A DNA stretch of 63,364 nucleotides, the filler included, from Octopus bimaculoides (Eukaryota), in the NCBI RefSeq assembly GCF_001194135.2. It is 5 parts of 5 records of this genome, joined end to end, with 100 filler letters (N's around TTAATTAATTAA, not from the genome) between each part and the next. Parts side by side here need not be neighbours in the genome. Positions count along the whole stretch, not along the records: positions 1 to 31,668 come from NC_069003.1; positions 31,769 to 49,669 come from NC_068985.1; 3 more parts are not named here. One strand, given 5' to 3'. This document shows, one piece after another, positions 23,375 through 36,547 of the stretch. A program made the position numbers and the translations under genes. Position 1 is the first letter of the stretch, and each line of letters begins with the position of its first letter. Below the pieces are notes generated by a model. That model made no database searches. It saw only the letters and a list, made by a program, of their open reading frames with translations, and was not told the DNA's origin.

Positions 23375-25040
23375 CGTGGCTGTGTGGTATGAGTCTTGCT
23401 TCCCAACCACATGGCTTCGGGTTCGGTCCTACTGAGTGGAACCTTGCGAAAGTGTCTTTTACTTTAGCCTCGGGCTAGCCAAAGCCTTGTGACTGGATTT
23501 GGTTGATACAAACTAACAGAAGCCAGTCATGTGCGTGTGTGACCGTTTGTCCCCTACCACCACCGTTTCATAACGTGTGTTTACGTCCCCGTAACTTAGC
23601 AGTTCGGCAAAAGAAGCTGATAGAATAAGTACCAGGCTTTGAAAAAAAAAATTAATGTTGACATTTGTGTGTTTTAAATGGCTTATAAACACCTTCCACG
23701 CTATAATTGTTTTCGCTCTAGCACACGATCTCAGATCAGGTCACTTGCTATACAAGTACATCTCCGTAAATGTTGACATTATTACCAGGAAACGAAATCG
23801 AAAAAAAAATAGTGCAACGGGTGTAAAAAAAAAAAAAAATAGGTGTAGGAAACGAATATGAAAACAAAAATGCGCGGAAAGCAACGGGGTGGATGGGGAG
23901 AGCACTTCAGAAAATTCACAATATTCGAGTTTTACCCTCATAACTTTTAAGAAAATGAGTTTTTTTTTAAATGAAATTGTATATAAATACCTTTCAAACG
24001 GCATGCATCACGGATGCCTAATATACCGCAAGCCCCTTAATTTTGTTCGGAAAAAAAAGTGGGGGCAGAAACCGGAATTATTGAAAAATGTTTTTCATTT
24101 TTCCGATGATTGAATTACGGCGACCTAATATGCCACAATCTTAAATCTGGGATTAATATATCCAGTGATTTTCAAGAGGTATACAAGAGATTTTGTTTTA
24201 ATATTTTAATTTTACTTGTTTCACACACACAAACACTAACGTGGTTTATATAAGCATTTTGTATCATTCTTTCTCTCTCCTGTTTAGACATCATTACCAC
24301 TAATTTTTATAACTTCAGCATTTACACTTAATATTCTTTCCAAACTTGTTTGAATTTTCAATCTAATGTAATCCACACTCTAGAAAACGTTATTCTGCAA
24401 AATGTTACCTTAAAATAGGGGTACAGAAAAGTGGCTAGCAGTTTCGCATCTCACCTTTAAAAACGCATCTATTCGGGGTCCCTATTTCTTCCGAACAAAA
24501 ATAAGGGGTTTGCGGCACATTATGCATCCGTAATGCATGTCGTTTGAAAGCTATTTATATACAATTTCATTAAAAGATATCCATTTTCTTTAAAGTTACG
24601 AGGGTAAAAATCGGATCTTGTGAATTTTCCGAAATCCTCTCCCCACCCCTTCGGAAAAAGATTTTACTCACAAATTTCGTTATAATCGTAATGTATACCG
24701 TTTGAAAGGTATTTATATAAAATTTCATTTAAAAAAAAAAGAACCATTTTTCTAGAAGTTATGAAGGAAAAACTCGGATCATGTGAATATTCCGAAGTCC
24801 TCTCCCCTCGCTCCCCGCCCCCGTTGCTTTCCTCGCATTTTTGTTTTCACATTAATTTCCGACACCTTTTTTTTTTTACACCCGTTGCACTATTTTTATT
24901 TTTATTTTTTTTCGATTTCGTTTCAAGGTAATAATATCTATCTACATTAACCAAAATAAGTACCGGGGCCGATTCGTTCGAGTAAAATTCTGCAAAGGTG
25001 GTACCCCAGCATGGCCGCAGTCTAAGGACAGAAACGATAA
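23375..25040 (+). mobile_element. SINE family A split by a 1.3-kb insertion (23375-23651 plus 24951-25040)
   Basis: 5' part ends tagaataagtaccaggctttgaaaaa; the expected continuation aaaataagtaccggggccgattcgttcgag..ccccagcatggccgcagtc resumes at 24951. Confidence 0.8.
23652..24950. mobile_element. Non-autonomous fold-back DNA transposon with long TIRs, TGT..ACA ends and TTAA duplication
   Basis: 23769-24080 is the reverse complement of about 24470-24946 (attattaccaggaaacgaaatcgaaaa..tagtgcaacgggtgtaaaa vs ttttacacccgttgcacta..tttcgatttcgtttcaaggtaataat). Termini TTAA|TGT and ACA|TTAA. Confidence 0.8.
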
Positions 25041-25062
25041 ACATATACACACACACACGCAC

Positions 25063-25101
<39 letters not shown>

Positions 25102-25224
25102 GTATGCTGCACATAGTCGTACACATGTATCTACAGTGTGTGTGTGTGTGTGTGTGTGTGTGGAAATGAATTGTAAATAGATAACTTGGTAATACATAGT
25201 AAGAAGGAAATAGTTGTGACAAGG

Positions 25225-25226
25225 TA

Positions 25227-25257
<31 letters not shown>

Positions 25258-27780
25258 TGTATTGCTAGATACAGGGACGGACATAGAGAGATTGGCAGAT
25301 AGAGAGATAAGATAGACACGAGATAGGTTTTAACCTGAGAGACAGGTAAAACAGAGTTCACAGATTTCAAGACAGCTGCACGGACAGATAGACTAACAGA
25401 TATATTTAGACTGACAGCCAACCAGATACACAGACAGATAGATAAATATAGATAGATAGACAGATAGATAGATAAATAGATAGATGTCATAATAAGGTGA
25501 TCTACGACAGGCAAGAAACATACGCATGACCAGACATGGTTGGCAGGAATTGCCGAAGCGACCAGAAAGGGATGAAAGGATAAGACGCCGGGTGAGATAT
25601 GGAGATGCCTAATAAGATGGACACTGTTATACTCAGGAGCTGAGAACATCAATGGCAGAGGATAAGAAGACTTAGAGGTGACAAGAGACAGGTGAATAGA
25701 GACAGAGAGAGAGAGAGAGAGTCGAGGAGACTTGGGTGAAGGAAGCATCACAGAGGGGGGGATTTAGAGGTAGGTAGATACAGGTTCAGGTAGAGGGGGG
25801 AATTTGGAGGTGACCAGAGGGAGATTTAGGTGTATACATACATATATACATACATAGATGTGAACAGAAAGAGAGGGTATAGATTGATTAATAGAGACTT
25901 AGATGTGAACAGAGAAATATATATACATTATATATATATACAGAGAGAGAGAGACTTAAATGGGAACAGAGTAAGATAAAGAGAGAATTAGTTGTGAACA
26001 GAGATAGAGAGTGAGAGAGAAATAGAAAGAGGGATATTTAGCTAAGAACATAGAGAGAAAGAGACTAAATTGAAGATAGATAGATAGATTGACTGATAGA
26101 TAGATAGATAGATAGATAGATAACAACGATGACAGAGATAAAAAGGGAGAAAGAGAGAAGACGAGATCGAAATGAATATGTTAAAATGTACTGACCTGAT
26201 ATATATATATATGTATATATATAAAATATCCCTTTAGCAGGAGACACGAGGTTATTATTGGTGAACGACCACTTGTGTAAATATCGAGAAAAGTCTGTTA
26301 GAACACAAAATCTAACTACTATTTAGATATAGTCCTGGCTTCCTCGGTAAAGATACGGATATATATAAAGGTGTCTGTATATGTGTGTGTTTATGTGTGT
26401 AATCCTCTCTAACACGCGAGTTTATAAACAATCTCCGGCAGATATATATTAAGTAGTGTGTTCTTGTAAATGTGTGTACTTCTATATATACGTGTGCGTG
26501 GGTGTCTTATATATATGCGGTATGTGTGTGAGTGTATAAATATATATATCCGTTTATGTGTGTGTGTGTATATGTGTGTGTGTGTGAGTCAAGAATTAGT
26601 TTCTTGAGGCTTCTCCCAAAATATGTCTCCAGCAATTCTGTGCTTATGTGTTTATGTATGTATATATATATTTGTATGTGTATGTGTGTGTAATGTGTAT
26701 ATATTATGTGTGTGTTATGTATATTCCTTTGATAAGCACCGTCTGTTGTCAGTATGAAAGACAGAATCGAAGAAGTGTTGCTTTGGCCCTCCCCCCAACT
26801 GAAGACAGAGCACTGTTGAGGGTGACTGTACACCGGGGCTGGGTCGATGTGGGGACAATGGGTCAGTGGGACAGAGGTACAGGACTTGGAATCGATACGA
26901 GGGGACGAACGTTTCACGTGGAGTTTCGGTGACTTGGTACTGTGACAAGTAGATTAGGGAATGTGAAGGAGGGAGTTTGAGAGGGAAAAGAAAAAGAGAA
27001 GGGAGTAGAGAGAGTGGAGGTAAGAGGAGAAAAACTACTGATATCTGTGAATAAGGGATGAGGAGAGAGAGAGAGAGCGATTGAATAAGTGAGTGAGTGA
27101 GATAGAGTGAAATACACTAAGTAGAGAGAGGGGGAAAAGGAGTAATAGGTGGAGGTTAATAGAGTGACTGAGTTTATGAAAGAGAGAGTGAAAATGTATG
27201 AATCAGAGAGAGAGTGAAAGATGACAGAGACCAACTATGTGAGTCAAAGAGAAAGAGAGAGGTAGGGATGAAAGGAGGAATGAGAGAGAAAGAAGACGAA
27301 ATTGATGGAAAGGGATAATAGAGGGAGAAAAGAGTGAAAGGCGAAGTAAAATAGAGCTTATGAAAGAAGGAGAAAAGATAGATAGACTAATCAGTGAACG
27401 TGAGAGTATTATATGTGTATGTATATCNNNNNNNNNNTATATATATATATATATATATTCAATTCAGTTGAAGAGATCCGAAAGGAAGCTAAAAGGGGAA
27501 ACCAAACGAAGGATGAAGTAACAAAAGGAAAAGAAAGGGAACTCTACTACACTCTCCCTTTCTCTATCTCCCTGTCCGTTTCTATCTCTCTTCCTCTCTC
27601 TATTTCTCTCTCTCTACCTCTTTATCGCTATTTCTCTCTATTCCTATCTTTCTCCTTTTCTTTCTCCATCTCTATCTCTCTCCCTCGCCCTTACTTTCTC
27701 TCTATATCTCTCTCTCTATCTCTAGTCTATCTATCACTGCTCCTCACTATATTTCCTCCCACTCCTTTTTTTCTTCATCT
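25225..27780. repeat. GA-rich and CT-rich low-complexity tracts with (GATA)n and (CA)n
   Basis: Directly visible purine/pyrimidine strand-biased tracts flanking the unique island at 26735-26960. Confidence 0.85.
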
Positions 27781-28407
27781 TCTAATGACACACATGGCAA
27801 GGTGGTGTTACAAGACACGCTGTTTGTTTAAACGAGCCTCTTTAAGCATCCCTAATTAATCTTATTAGTGTTGATGTTGCTGCTACTGTTGCCGAGATAG
27901 GACAATTTGTTATGTCAGTCGAGATGTGGGGTCGAACCGACAAACATTTAGACCAAAGAAACATCCCAACCAAATACCCACTTTTATTAATCTAATTGTT
28001 CCACATAAAAGCCGATTTAGTCATTTCTATGAGAGCAGAAAAAGCCATTTGGGTGGCTTTTTATTATATATACTTGTTATTTATTATTTATATTTCGTAG
28101 ATCTATGGCGTGGTCGTTTAAAATGAAATATTTTGTCCGTGCCTATGTATATTTGAAATACTAATACGCGAAATTTTCAAAATATTTTCAATACTTATAC
28201 ATATATCTAATACACTCGACGATGGTGATAGATTTTACATATATATATATATATGTATGTATGTATACATGCTTACATATACGTTCTTATATGCTCATGC
28301 ATGTTTATATGCACACGCAATCATATATATATATACACTCACACAAGATATATATATATATATTTATGTATATACGTACATTTGTATATACAGACATACA
28401 CACACAA

Positions 28408-28447
<40 letters not shown>

Positions 28448-28543
28448 GACTGCATTGAAATTAAATATCTACATCAAAGATTTGTTCAGTATATTATTTA
28501 CATTATCTAACGTTGTACATTTTTAGAAATTGATAATTGATAT

Positions 28544-28611
<68 letters not shown>

Positions 28612-29307
28612 GCATATACGTGTATGGTTACAAATTTATGTGCAAACACATAAATACACAAACACGCACATACATAAATATATACATGAATGCATGCATT
28701 ACCGTCTACAAGATTCCATTATATAAACTATTTAAATTACAGATGGACGAAAATAAACATATTTGAATGCACCGGTGTGTGTGTGTTCATTTAATAAGCA
28801 CAAAAACAAATAATTGTGAAATGTTTAATACATGATTTACTTAGTAAACAAGAGGTGCGGTCGCTGTTTAGGCTATGGATAATATATATGTGTATGTATA
28901 TATGTATATATGTATGGGTGTTTCTCTATAGATAGATAGATAGATATGTGTATATATATATATATATAGATAGATGCATATTTATCACAAATTATGTGTA
29001 TATATATGAATATATGGCGGTGCTCCAGCATGGGCGCAGTCAAATGACTGAAACAAAGTAAAAGAGAAATATATGTGTATGTTTAATGAATACACGCACA
29101 ATCTGTGAGATATATATATATATATATATATGCATATATAGATAGATATATATGTAAATTCTCACACATACACAAATATATATGATGTATGTGCGTGTGT
29201 GTGTAGCAGTAATAGAAAGCAAGTACTGTAATGATAAAGGAGTATTTTTCTTATTCTGCGTCTCCTTTTCCCTATCTCTTTCTCCTTCTTTTTCTCTCCC
29301 TCGCCAT

Positions 29308-29359
<52 letters not shown>

Positions 29360-29624
29360 ACGTATATACTTACTTCTCCACCTCTTCACCATCTCCGCCA
29401 CGCTAAATGTTTTGGGAATAACTGACCTCAAATGTTACCGCTTTTTTTTTTATTCCCCCCACCCCATCCCACCTTTTTCACATCTCTGTAATAAATAGTC
29501 AGACAACGTCTTCATCAGTGATGCTGACTGGGAGTCGAGGGGACGTGGATGTGGAGATGAGGTGCAAATAAATTGTATAAAGTCAATTATATAAGATAAA
29601 ACGTAGATAAAATAAAGGCTCTGG

Positions 29625-29985
29625 AATGCCTGTGTGGTAAGAAGTTTGTTTCTCAACTACATGGTTCTGGGTTCAGTCCCACTGCGTGACACCTTAGGCA
29701 AGTGTCCTCTACTATAGCCTCGGGCTGATCAAAGCCTTGTGAGTGGATTTGGTAGAAGGAAACTGAAAGAAGCACGCCGTAATACTGTATGTGTGTGTGT
29801 GTCCAAAACTTAGCGATTCGGTCAAAGAGACTGCTAGAATAAGTACCAGGCTTTAAAAAAAAGAAAGACGTTGATTGACCTAAGGCTATGGTGGAAGACA
29901 CTTGCCCAAGGTGCCTTGCTGTGGAACTGAACCTGGAACAAAATGGTTCAGAAGCAAACTTCGTTACCATTGTCACTTGAGTGTG
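29625..29985. mobile_element. SINE family A (+, 29625-29870) followed by a family A head (-, 29878-29985)
   Basis: gcctgtgtggtaagaagtttg..gaataagtaccaggc then gaagacacttgcccaaggtgcc..ggaactgaacctggaac. Confidence 0.75.
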
Positions 29986-30339
29986 GTTGAGTTGATGAAT
30001 GAAAGTATGTTTCTTGGGCTGCATCAAGAAGTGAACACCAGCCATGAACATTTAACAGAGGATTTTATTATCACACATAAAGTCAAACTACGTTGGCCTT
30101 TTACAGATAACCACAGCGATAATTAAATACTGGAAGAGAGATACGGCTTGGAGTTTATGGCAGCTCTTGGTATGACAAACTGCAGCCTGCCCAACATAAC
30201 TGGGAACAATTGTGCTATATTCATGATATATGACCAGTTATCTTGCAGTTTGGTTTCAGATCCGCTGTACTATCATTGCAAAATGATAATTTTATTTTAT
30301 GGTCTATTATTGTTTGTATTTTGAATTACATATATATGG

Positions 30340-30990
30340 ACTCTTGTGCTGTTGGCACATAAAAAGCACCCACTACATTCTTAGAGTGGTTGATATTAGG
30401 AAGAGCATCCAACTGTAGAAATCTTGCCAGATTTAGATTGAAGCCTGATGCAGCCTCCTGATTTGCCAGTCCTCAGTCAAACTGTCCAATCCATGTCAGC
30501 ATGGGAAACAGACATTAAACGACTGGGTGAAGTGTGTGTTTATGAGTGAAACACCTAAACCCCACACAGCTCCGGCAGAAGGTAATAGCAAACTTCTGTC
30601 GACTCTTTCGCCACAATTTTCTCTCACTCCTTCCTCCTGCATCTAGCAACTCACCTGCAACAGACCAGCGTCCCATCCAGGTGTGAACTTATGCACCAAT
30701 GAAACCGGGAAACCAGTCCTTATGAGCCAAGCACAGCTCGTGAAGGAACAATCTGAAGTGGAGGTCGTGAGCTGGCAGAATCTTTAGCAAACTGGACAAA
30801 ATAAATGCTTTTGTGGCATTTCGTCCATCTTTACATTCTGAGTTCAAATTCTGTCGAGGTCAACTTTGCCTTTCATCCTTTCGGGGTCAATAGAAATAAG
30901 AACCTATTTGAGTACTGGGGTCAATGTAATTGACTTATGCCCCAACACCCAGAAATTGCCGGCCTTGTGCCAAAATGTGAAATCAATAAA
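30340..30990 (+). mobile_element. Cluster: family D tail (30340-30525), family C fragment (30530-30760), family B (30765-30990)
   Basis: Each segment matches other copies in the window (ggaagagcatccaactgtag; gaaacacctaaaccccacacagctccggcag; gtcaactttgcctttcatcctttcggggtc). Confidence 0.7.
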
Positions 30991-31668
30991 CTGTAATCTG
31001 AAATGAAAAATAATAACACATTAGCAAATCTGAAGTACCAAATAGTATCCACACACACAGTGGCAGACTGGGTCTAAAAATATTGGTTGCCAGGAGACTA
31101 AGGGGGCCCACCTGCAACTGCAAGAGGGCCCACCCACAACTACAATGCTATCATTTAAGTTTTTTTATATATAAATCTCTGTTGATTTACCCAGAAGCAA
31201 TAGATTACAGAACTCAATATGTCAGTGTTGCGTGTTCTTTTAGCAGAAAGTCTCAATATTGTTCTAGTTATCAAAATTACATGTTTCCAATCATTCAGCT
31301 GATAATATGAACCTGCTTTTCCTTTGAAATATTTTTTTGTTTCAGTGTATTTTTGAAATATACAAAAGTTATGGAAAAGAAAAAAAATCACTTGTCTTTA
31401 TGTTTTAAAAAAAAACAACAACAAAAAACAGAACCTGTAAGCGAGACGTGCAAAAGCAATTGCTTTGAGCTAACGTTTTTCGTAATCGTTTTATTTCTGG
31501 CTCTCGTGGGAAGTAGAAGTCAGGTCAGCATGTCATTTATAAAACCAAAGATCTCACTCGACTGAAAGTGGGGGGGCAGCTTTATGATAGGTGCTGAGAA
31601 GTTAAAATAATGAAAGAAAGGATATGAACAGGTTTCTTCCTATAAAAGAAATACATATATAAATATAT

Positions 31669-31768
31669 NNNNNNNNNNNNNNNNNNNNNNNNNNNNNNNN
31701 NNNNNNNNNNNNTTAATTAATTAANNNNNNNNNNNNNNNNNNNNNNNNNNNNNNNNNNNNNNNNNNNN
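31669..31768. other. Synthetic scaffolding spacer N44-TTAATTAATTAA-N44 (also 49670-49769, 58401-58500, 60641-60740)
   Basis: Identical 100-bp layout four times; TTAATTAATTAA is a palindrome with stops in all six frames. Confidence 0.95.
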
Positions 31769-31862
31769 GAGTTGGAGGAGGAGGAGTTGGAGGAGTAGTA
31801 GTAGTGGTAGCAGCAGCAGCAGCAGCAGAAGAAGAAGAAGAAGAAGCAGAAGCAGCAGCATC

Positions 31863-31895
<33 letters not shown>

Positions 31896-32598
31896 TTTTG
31901 TTGTTTTTTGTTATTTCTTAAGTGAGAAGTGAAATGGTGGAGTAGATTAAAACATTTGAAGTACAAACCATGTAACGCCAGTTCATAATGACAGGAAGCT
32001 TCTTGTTGTACCTCTGGGTGTAGTTAGATCTCTTTAATATTGGGTGCATCAGTTCTGGATTGGAAGAGTTTCTGCCGAACTACTTTAGATGTACAATAAC
32101 TCAACAAGTATTCGGTGCCACGATTTTAAGTCCATCTGAATTACAGAAAAAAGCCGGAATTGATCTTATGTACCTCACATAGGCAAAATATGTATCCTAC
32201 GAGATGTTTCAGCATCTATTCGGCTCTTAGGTTGGTGTTGAACAAAAGAGGGATTCTCGTTCAGAAAGAAATATAGAATAGCTGTTGACACCACGATAGG
32301 GTGGTGTACGAATCGCCCAGAAGCAAACAAACAGAGAATATGTAATGCTCGAATATAAGCCGGTGGTTTATAGTGTTTATATATGAAATACATTTGCATG
32401 ACATACCACAGCAGTTTAATTTTAATTAAATTTATCTAAGTAAGGTATTAAACCACAGAATAAACATGAGTCAACAGGTAGTCAACAGGTGCAATGCCTT
32501 TAACTATGTGAATTAGAAACAAAACAGGAAGAAGGCACCCCAAATATACTGTATAAATATATATCACCAAATCTTCAAAAATACCATATATGTGGTTT

Positions 32599-32653
32599 GT
32601 ACCTGATGAATATGCTTGAGTTATTTCTCAACATACGAAACTATTAGCAGCAC
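32599..32653 (+). ncRNA. Degenerate type-I hammerhead motif
   Basis: GTAC-CTGATGA-A TATG C TTGAG TTATTT CTCAA CATA C-GAAA-CTATTAG-CA-GCAC: intact CUGAUGA/GAAA and long stem II; U16.1 and one stem I base appear T-to-C mutated. Confidence 0.5.
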
Positions 32654-32760
32654 ATAAAAAACATATAATGTGTATATTAAATATTATTTATCTCACACCA
32701 GATGGAGTACATTTTTGGGTAATTTTACCTTCACGAAACAGTACACTATATATGTGTGTG

Positions 32761-32834
<74 letters not shown>

Positions 32835-32848
32835 GAGGGGGATATATG

Positions 32849-32886
<38 letters not shown>

Positions 32887-33360
32887 CGTACATACATATT
32901 TTAAAAGGCTTTCTACACTACATACGCATTTTATGTATACACATATGAGTATGTGAACGTATATGTGCGTGTGCAGTGTGTGAGTATGTACACACACACG
33001 CACACGCAAAAGCACAAATGCGCAACGGTGCTTACCGTTTGCCCAGATTTGATCTTTGTATTAGGAATAATAAGGAATAAAAGAGATTTATTTCTAAAAG
33101 TGTTTCGCGTGCTTCTATAAATGGTTGGCCAGATTAACCTCGCTTAAAACCTTGCCGAATTTATATGCCTACACACGAAATTCGACAATATGGAAGAAAG
33201 TTAAGAAGTCAAGACTTCTTTACACTTTGGTGTCACTGTTGAAAGCGTTTTATACCTAGCAACACAACAAATCAACAACAATAAATACCACAACAATAAC
33301 AAAATGATTACCAGTAATAACAAGACAACTAAAAATTCCCATAATTTCTTTGCAGCAAAA

Positions 33361-33379
33361 TCACGTGAAGCGGAAGTGA
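33361..33379. promoter_or_regulatory. Adjacent E-box (TCACGTGA) and ETS site (GCGGAAGTG): candidate core promoter
   Basis: tcacgtgaagcggaagtga in a unique, non-repeat stretch with two unmutated CpGs. Confidence 0.35.
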
Positions 33380-33737
33380 TCTATTTCAACGATTGTCATA
33401 ACAATCTCCGATTGTTAACAAGTGGATATTTTTCTGTATATCATCATACCCTCTTTCTTATTCATTTATATTTGGTTTTCATTTTTGTTTTGCTTTGTAT
33501 TGGGTATATCAATTTATTTCTATTTTTATTTGGCGTGGAGGGGTGCGCTCTTTTTATTTACACCTCTTTCAATATTTCATTGAATAAATGAATGTTTGAC
33601 AGAAATAAAAATATATATAATAGAAAGGTAGTTCAAATTTTTGTTCAGCGATCTCGATCTTGAAGATATGACTTTCATTTATCACGCTATCTTATCTATC
33701 TAGACATAGTCCCACACATATACCGACATATGCATAG

Positions 33738-33836
<99 letters not shown>

Positions 33837-34020
33837 CATGTATGTATGTATGTAATATATACATATATACAAATAAACAATAAACCTACACACACAAGAA
33901 ATTCCTAACAATTCAGTTATGCTTCATTATTGAAAATATGATTTCATATGTATGTGTGTGTACATACAGAAAGAGATAGATAGATAGATAGATAGATACA
34001 TACATACATACATACATACA

Positions 34021-34051
<31 letters not shown>

Positions 34052-34186
34052 TTATGTATATGTATATTTATTTATATATATCCATTTATATATTCATATT
34101 TATTTATTTTTACATTCTTCGAGAGAGAGAAAGAAGGACAGCGCGCGAGAGAGCGCGTGAGACAGAGAGCATAATCCAATGGTTTT

Positions 34187-34249
<63 letters not shown>

Positions 34250-34269
34250 CCCACACACACACAGAGCAT

Positions 34270-34610
34270 AATTTAATGTTTACAAAGTTCACCGCTTCGC
34301 AACTGCGATGTTTCGTGTTCGATCCAACTCTGTGTCATCTTAAGCAAATGGCATTTTCAATACCTTCGAGTAGACTCATACCTTGTGAGTGAAATTGAGT
34401 AGATGGAAACTATACGGAAACCTCTCGGATGGATTGTACCGGTAAATCAAATTTTCTGTATTATCACACACACTGTGATACTGATTCTGCCTGAAAATTA
34501 CATTAAGGCTGCATGAGTTTCCGGAACCCACGGCCACTTACACGTTGTTTCAGGAGCAGATTATTCATTTTATCGAACAATGGAATCCTCATCGCCGAAA
34601 TAACAGAGAA
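34270..34610 (+). mobile_element. Old chimeric SINE: family A-like head plus family C-like tail
   Basis: ..gtgtcatcttaagcaaatggc..ccttgtgagtgaaattgagtagatggaaact.. followed by ctgcctgaaaattacattaagg..ccacttacacgtt..tggaatcctcatcgccg. Confidence 0.5.
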
Positions 34611-34974
34611 CCATCCATATATATTTGTACATACTCGTGCTTGCAGGCCCATTAGGCTGGAGCTTTATTCCAGATTCACTCGTTTCTCGTTGGCTGAAAC
34701 TTCACGAATTCCTCCCGGACGAGACCTCGGTCTGTCACATGGTTAGCCACCAACACCACTACAATCACTCCTCTTGGCACTAGTACTTTATTTCAAGAGG
34801 ATGCACTAACGCATCATTAAATGGAGTGCTTTGATCAAGGACACAACATGCCATCCGGTCCAGGATATCTAAACCCCCCCACACACACACACACACACAC
34901 ACTTTATGGCCGTCAACCCTAAACCCCTAACTGCAATACCTGTTGAGTGCAGTCAAGGCTATATGTGAGGACTT

Positions 34975-35385
34975 CCTATGTCTAAAAATGGATTCAAATT
35001 TTGGCACAAGGCCAGCAATTTCGTGGGAGAAAGTCAGTCGATTACATCGATTCCAGTGTTCAACTGGTACTTGTTGACCCCGAAAAGGTGAAAGGTAAAG
35101 TCGACCTCGGCGAAATTTGAGCTCAGAACATAAAGACGGACGAAATACCGCCAAGCATTTTTCCCCGGAGTGCTAACGATTCTGCCAGCTCACCGCCTTT
35201 CGTTTTTCTAACAATCCTTTCTACTATAGGCACAAGGCCTGAAAATTGGGGTGGAGTAAGGGCAAAGCCGGGTACATCGACTTCAGTGCTATACTGGTAC
35301 TTATTTCATCGACCCCGAATGGATGAAAGGCATTTTACTGGCATGCTAACGACTCTGCCAAATCGCCGCCTTTCCTATGTCTAAT
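34975..35385 (-). mobile_element. Two tandem SINE family B copies
   Basis: gacCCCGAAAAGGTGAAAGGTAAAGTCGACCTCGGCGAAATTTGAGCTC (35077-35125) and gaccccgaatggatgaaaggc (35311) are reverse complements of the family B core. Confidence 0.8.
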
Positions 35386-35892
35386 AATGAGGATCATACA
35401 CCAAAACATATCATAGGCACAAACTGGAGTAGACAAAGCAACGTATATAAACGCAATGTGACGCATCTAACCAACTGCGTCTATGGCTGAGGTCTTCTAA
35501 AGAGCCATTACTCTCAAAGAGTCTTGAGTATTTCTATGTCCCTACGAACTATTGCACAAAAGCCCTTCAACGACGCTAATTATCTACGTCTTTTTGACAG
35601 GTTTTGCATTTTGTTCTTCTGGGTATTTATCAATTCTTCTGGGTATTTATCAATTCTTCTCACCAGACAAGCCTGCCAGAGGTGCCGATGACCCGGTGTC
35701 ATAGCAAGAGTACAGAACCCTATAACACACACACGCACACACATTCATACTTGCATACGGATACAAGCATATGTACAAATTTATTTTATGTATTGCATAT
35801 AATATGTGTGTATATATATGTGTGTAGATATACATGTGTGTGTACATGTGTGTGTATATTTGTAGAAAGAGAAGGACGTGAGGCAGAGAAAA

Positions 35893-35983
<91 letters not shown>

Positions 35984-36547
35984 CAGACTGATTAGATCAC
36001 ATAGATCACACTGAATAATGATGGAATAATAGTGAGAGAGAGAAAGAACAAGAAGAGGAGACGAAAATCGCTTAATAATGTGGTTTGTCAGTTTTAATCT
36101 CGACTACTGTACAAAAACGAAACATATGTGTTTTAACATTAATAACAGAAATTCCATTTTCTCTTCACTTCTCAAATGACCTTCATAATTGTTCAATTTT
36201 TTTTTCCTTCATGCCAGAGATATATTTCGTTTCTTAAGAAGTTGCATTTCTCTCCAAGATGCGATTTATAAAATAGAGCATAAAAGCTTGCATTTCTTCT
36301 AACACTCTGATTTATGCATATATTAATATCTCTGTTATAATGGGGTCACAAATTTATAAGCGCAAGGAGAATAAGATTATCTCAGTCTTTATCAAATGAA
36401 ATATTATTAAACCTTTTTTTCTAACCTTCCGAAATCACAGCGGCTGCAGTTGTTTGAAGTCAGTAAGATATTAGACTACGGGATGAAAGATCAAATCCAG
36501 TTGATGATGTTATGGATAAAACTTCCGTGGTTGTGTCGATAGGAGCA

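Noticed and set aside
29485-29520. Minus-strand CTGATGA-AGAC GTT GTCT hairpin
   Set aside because: GACT instead of GAAA and no matching stem I.
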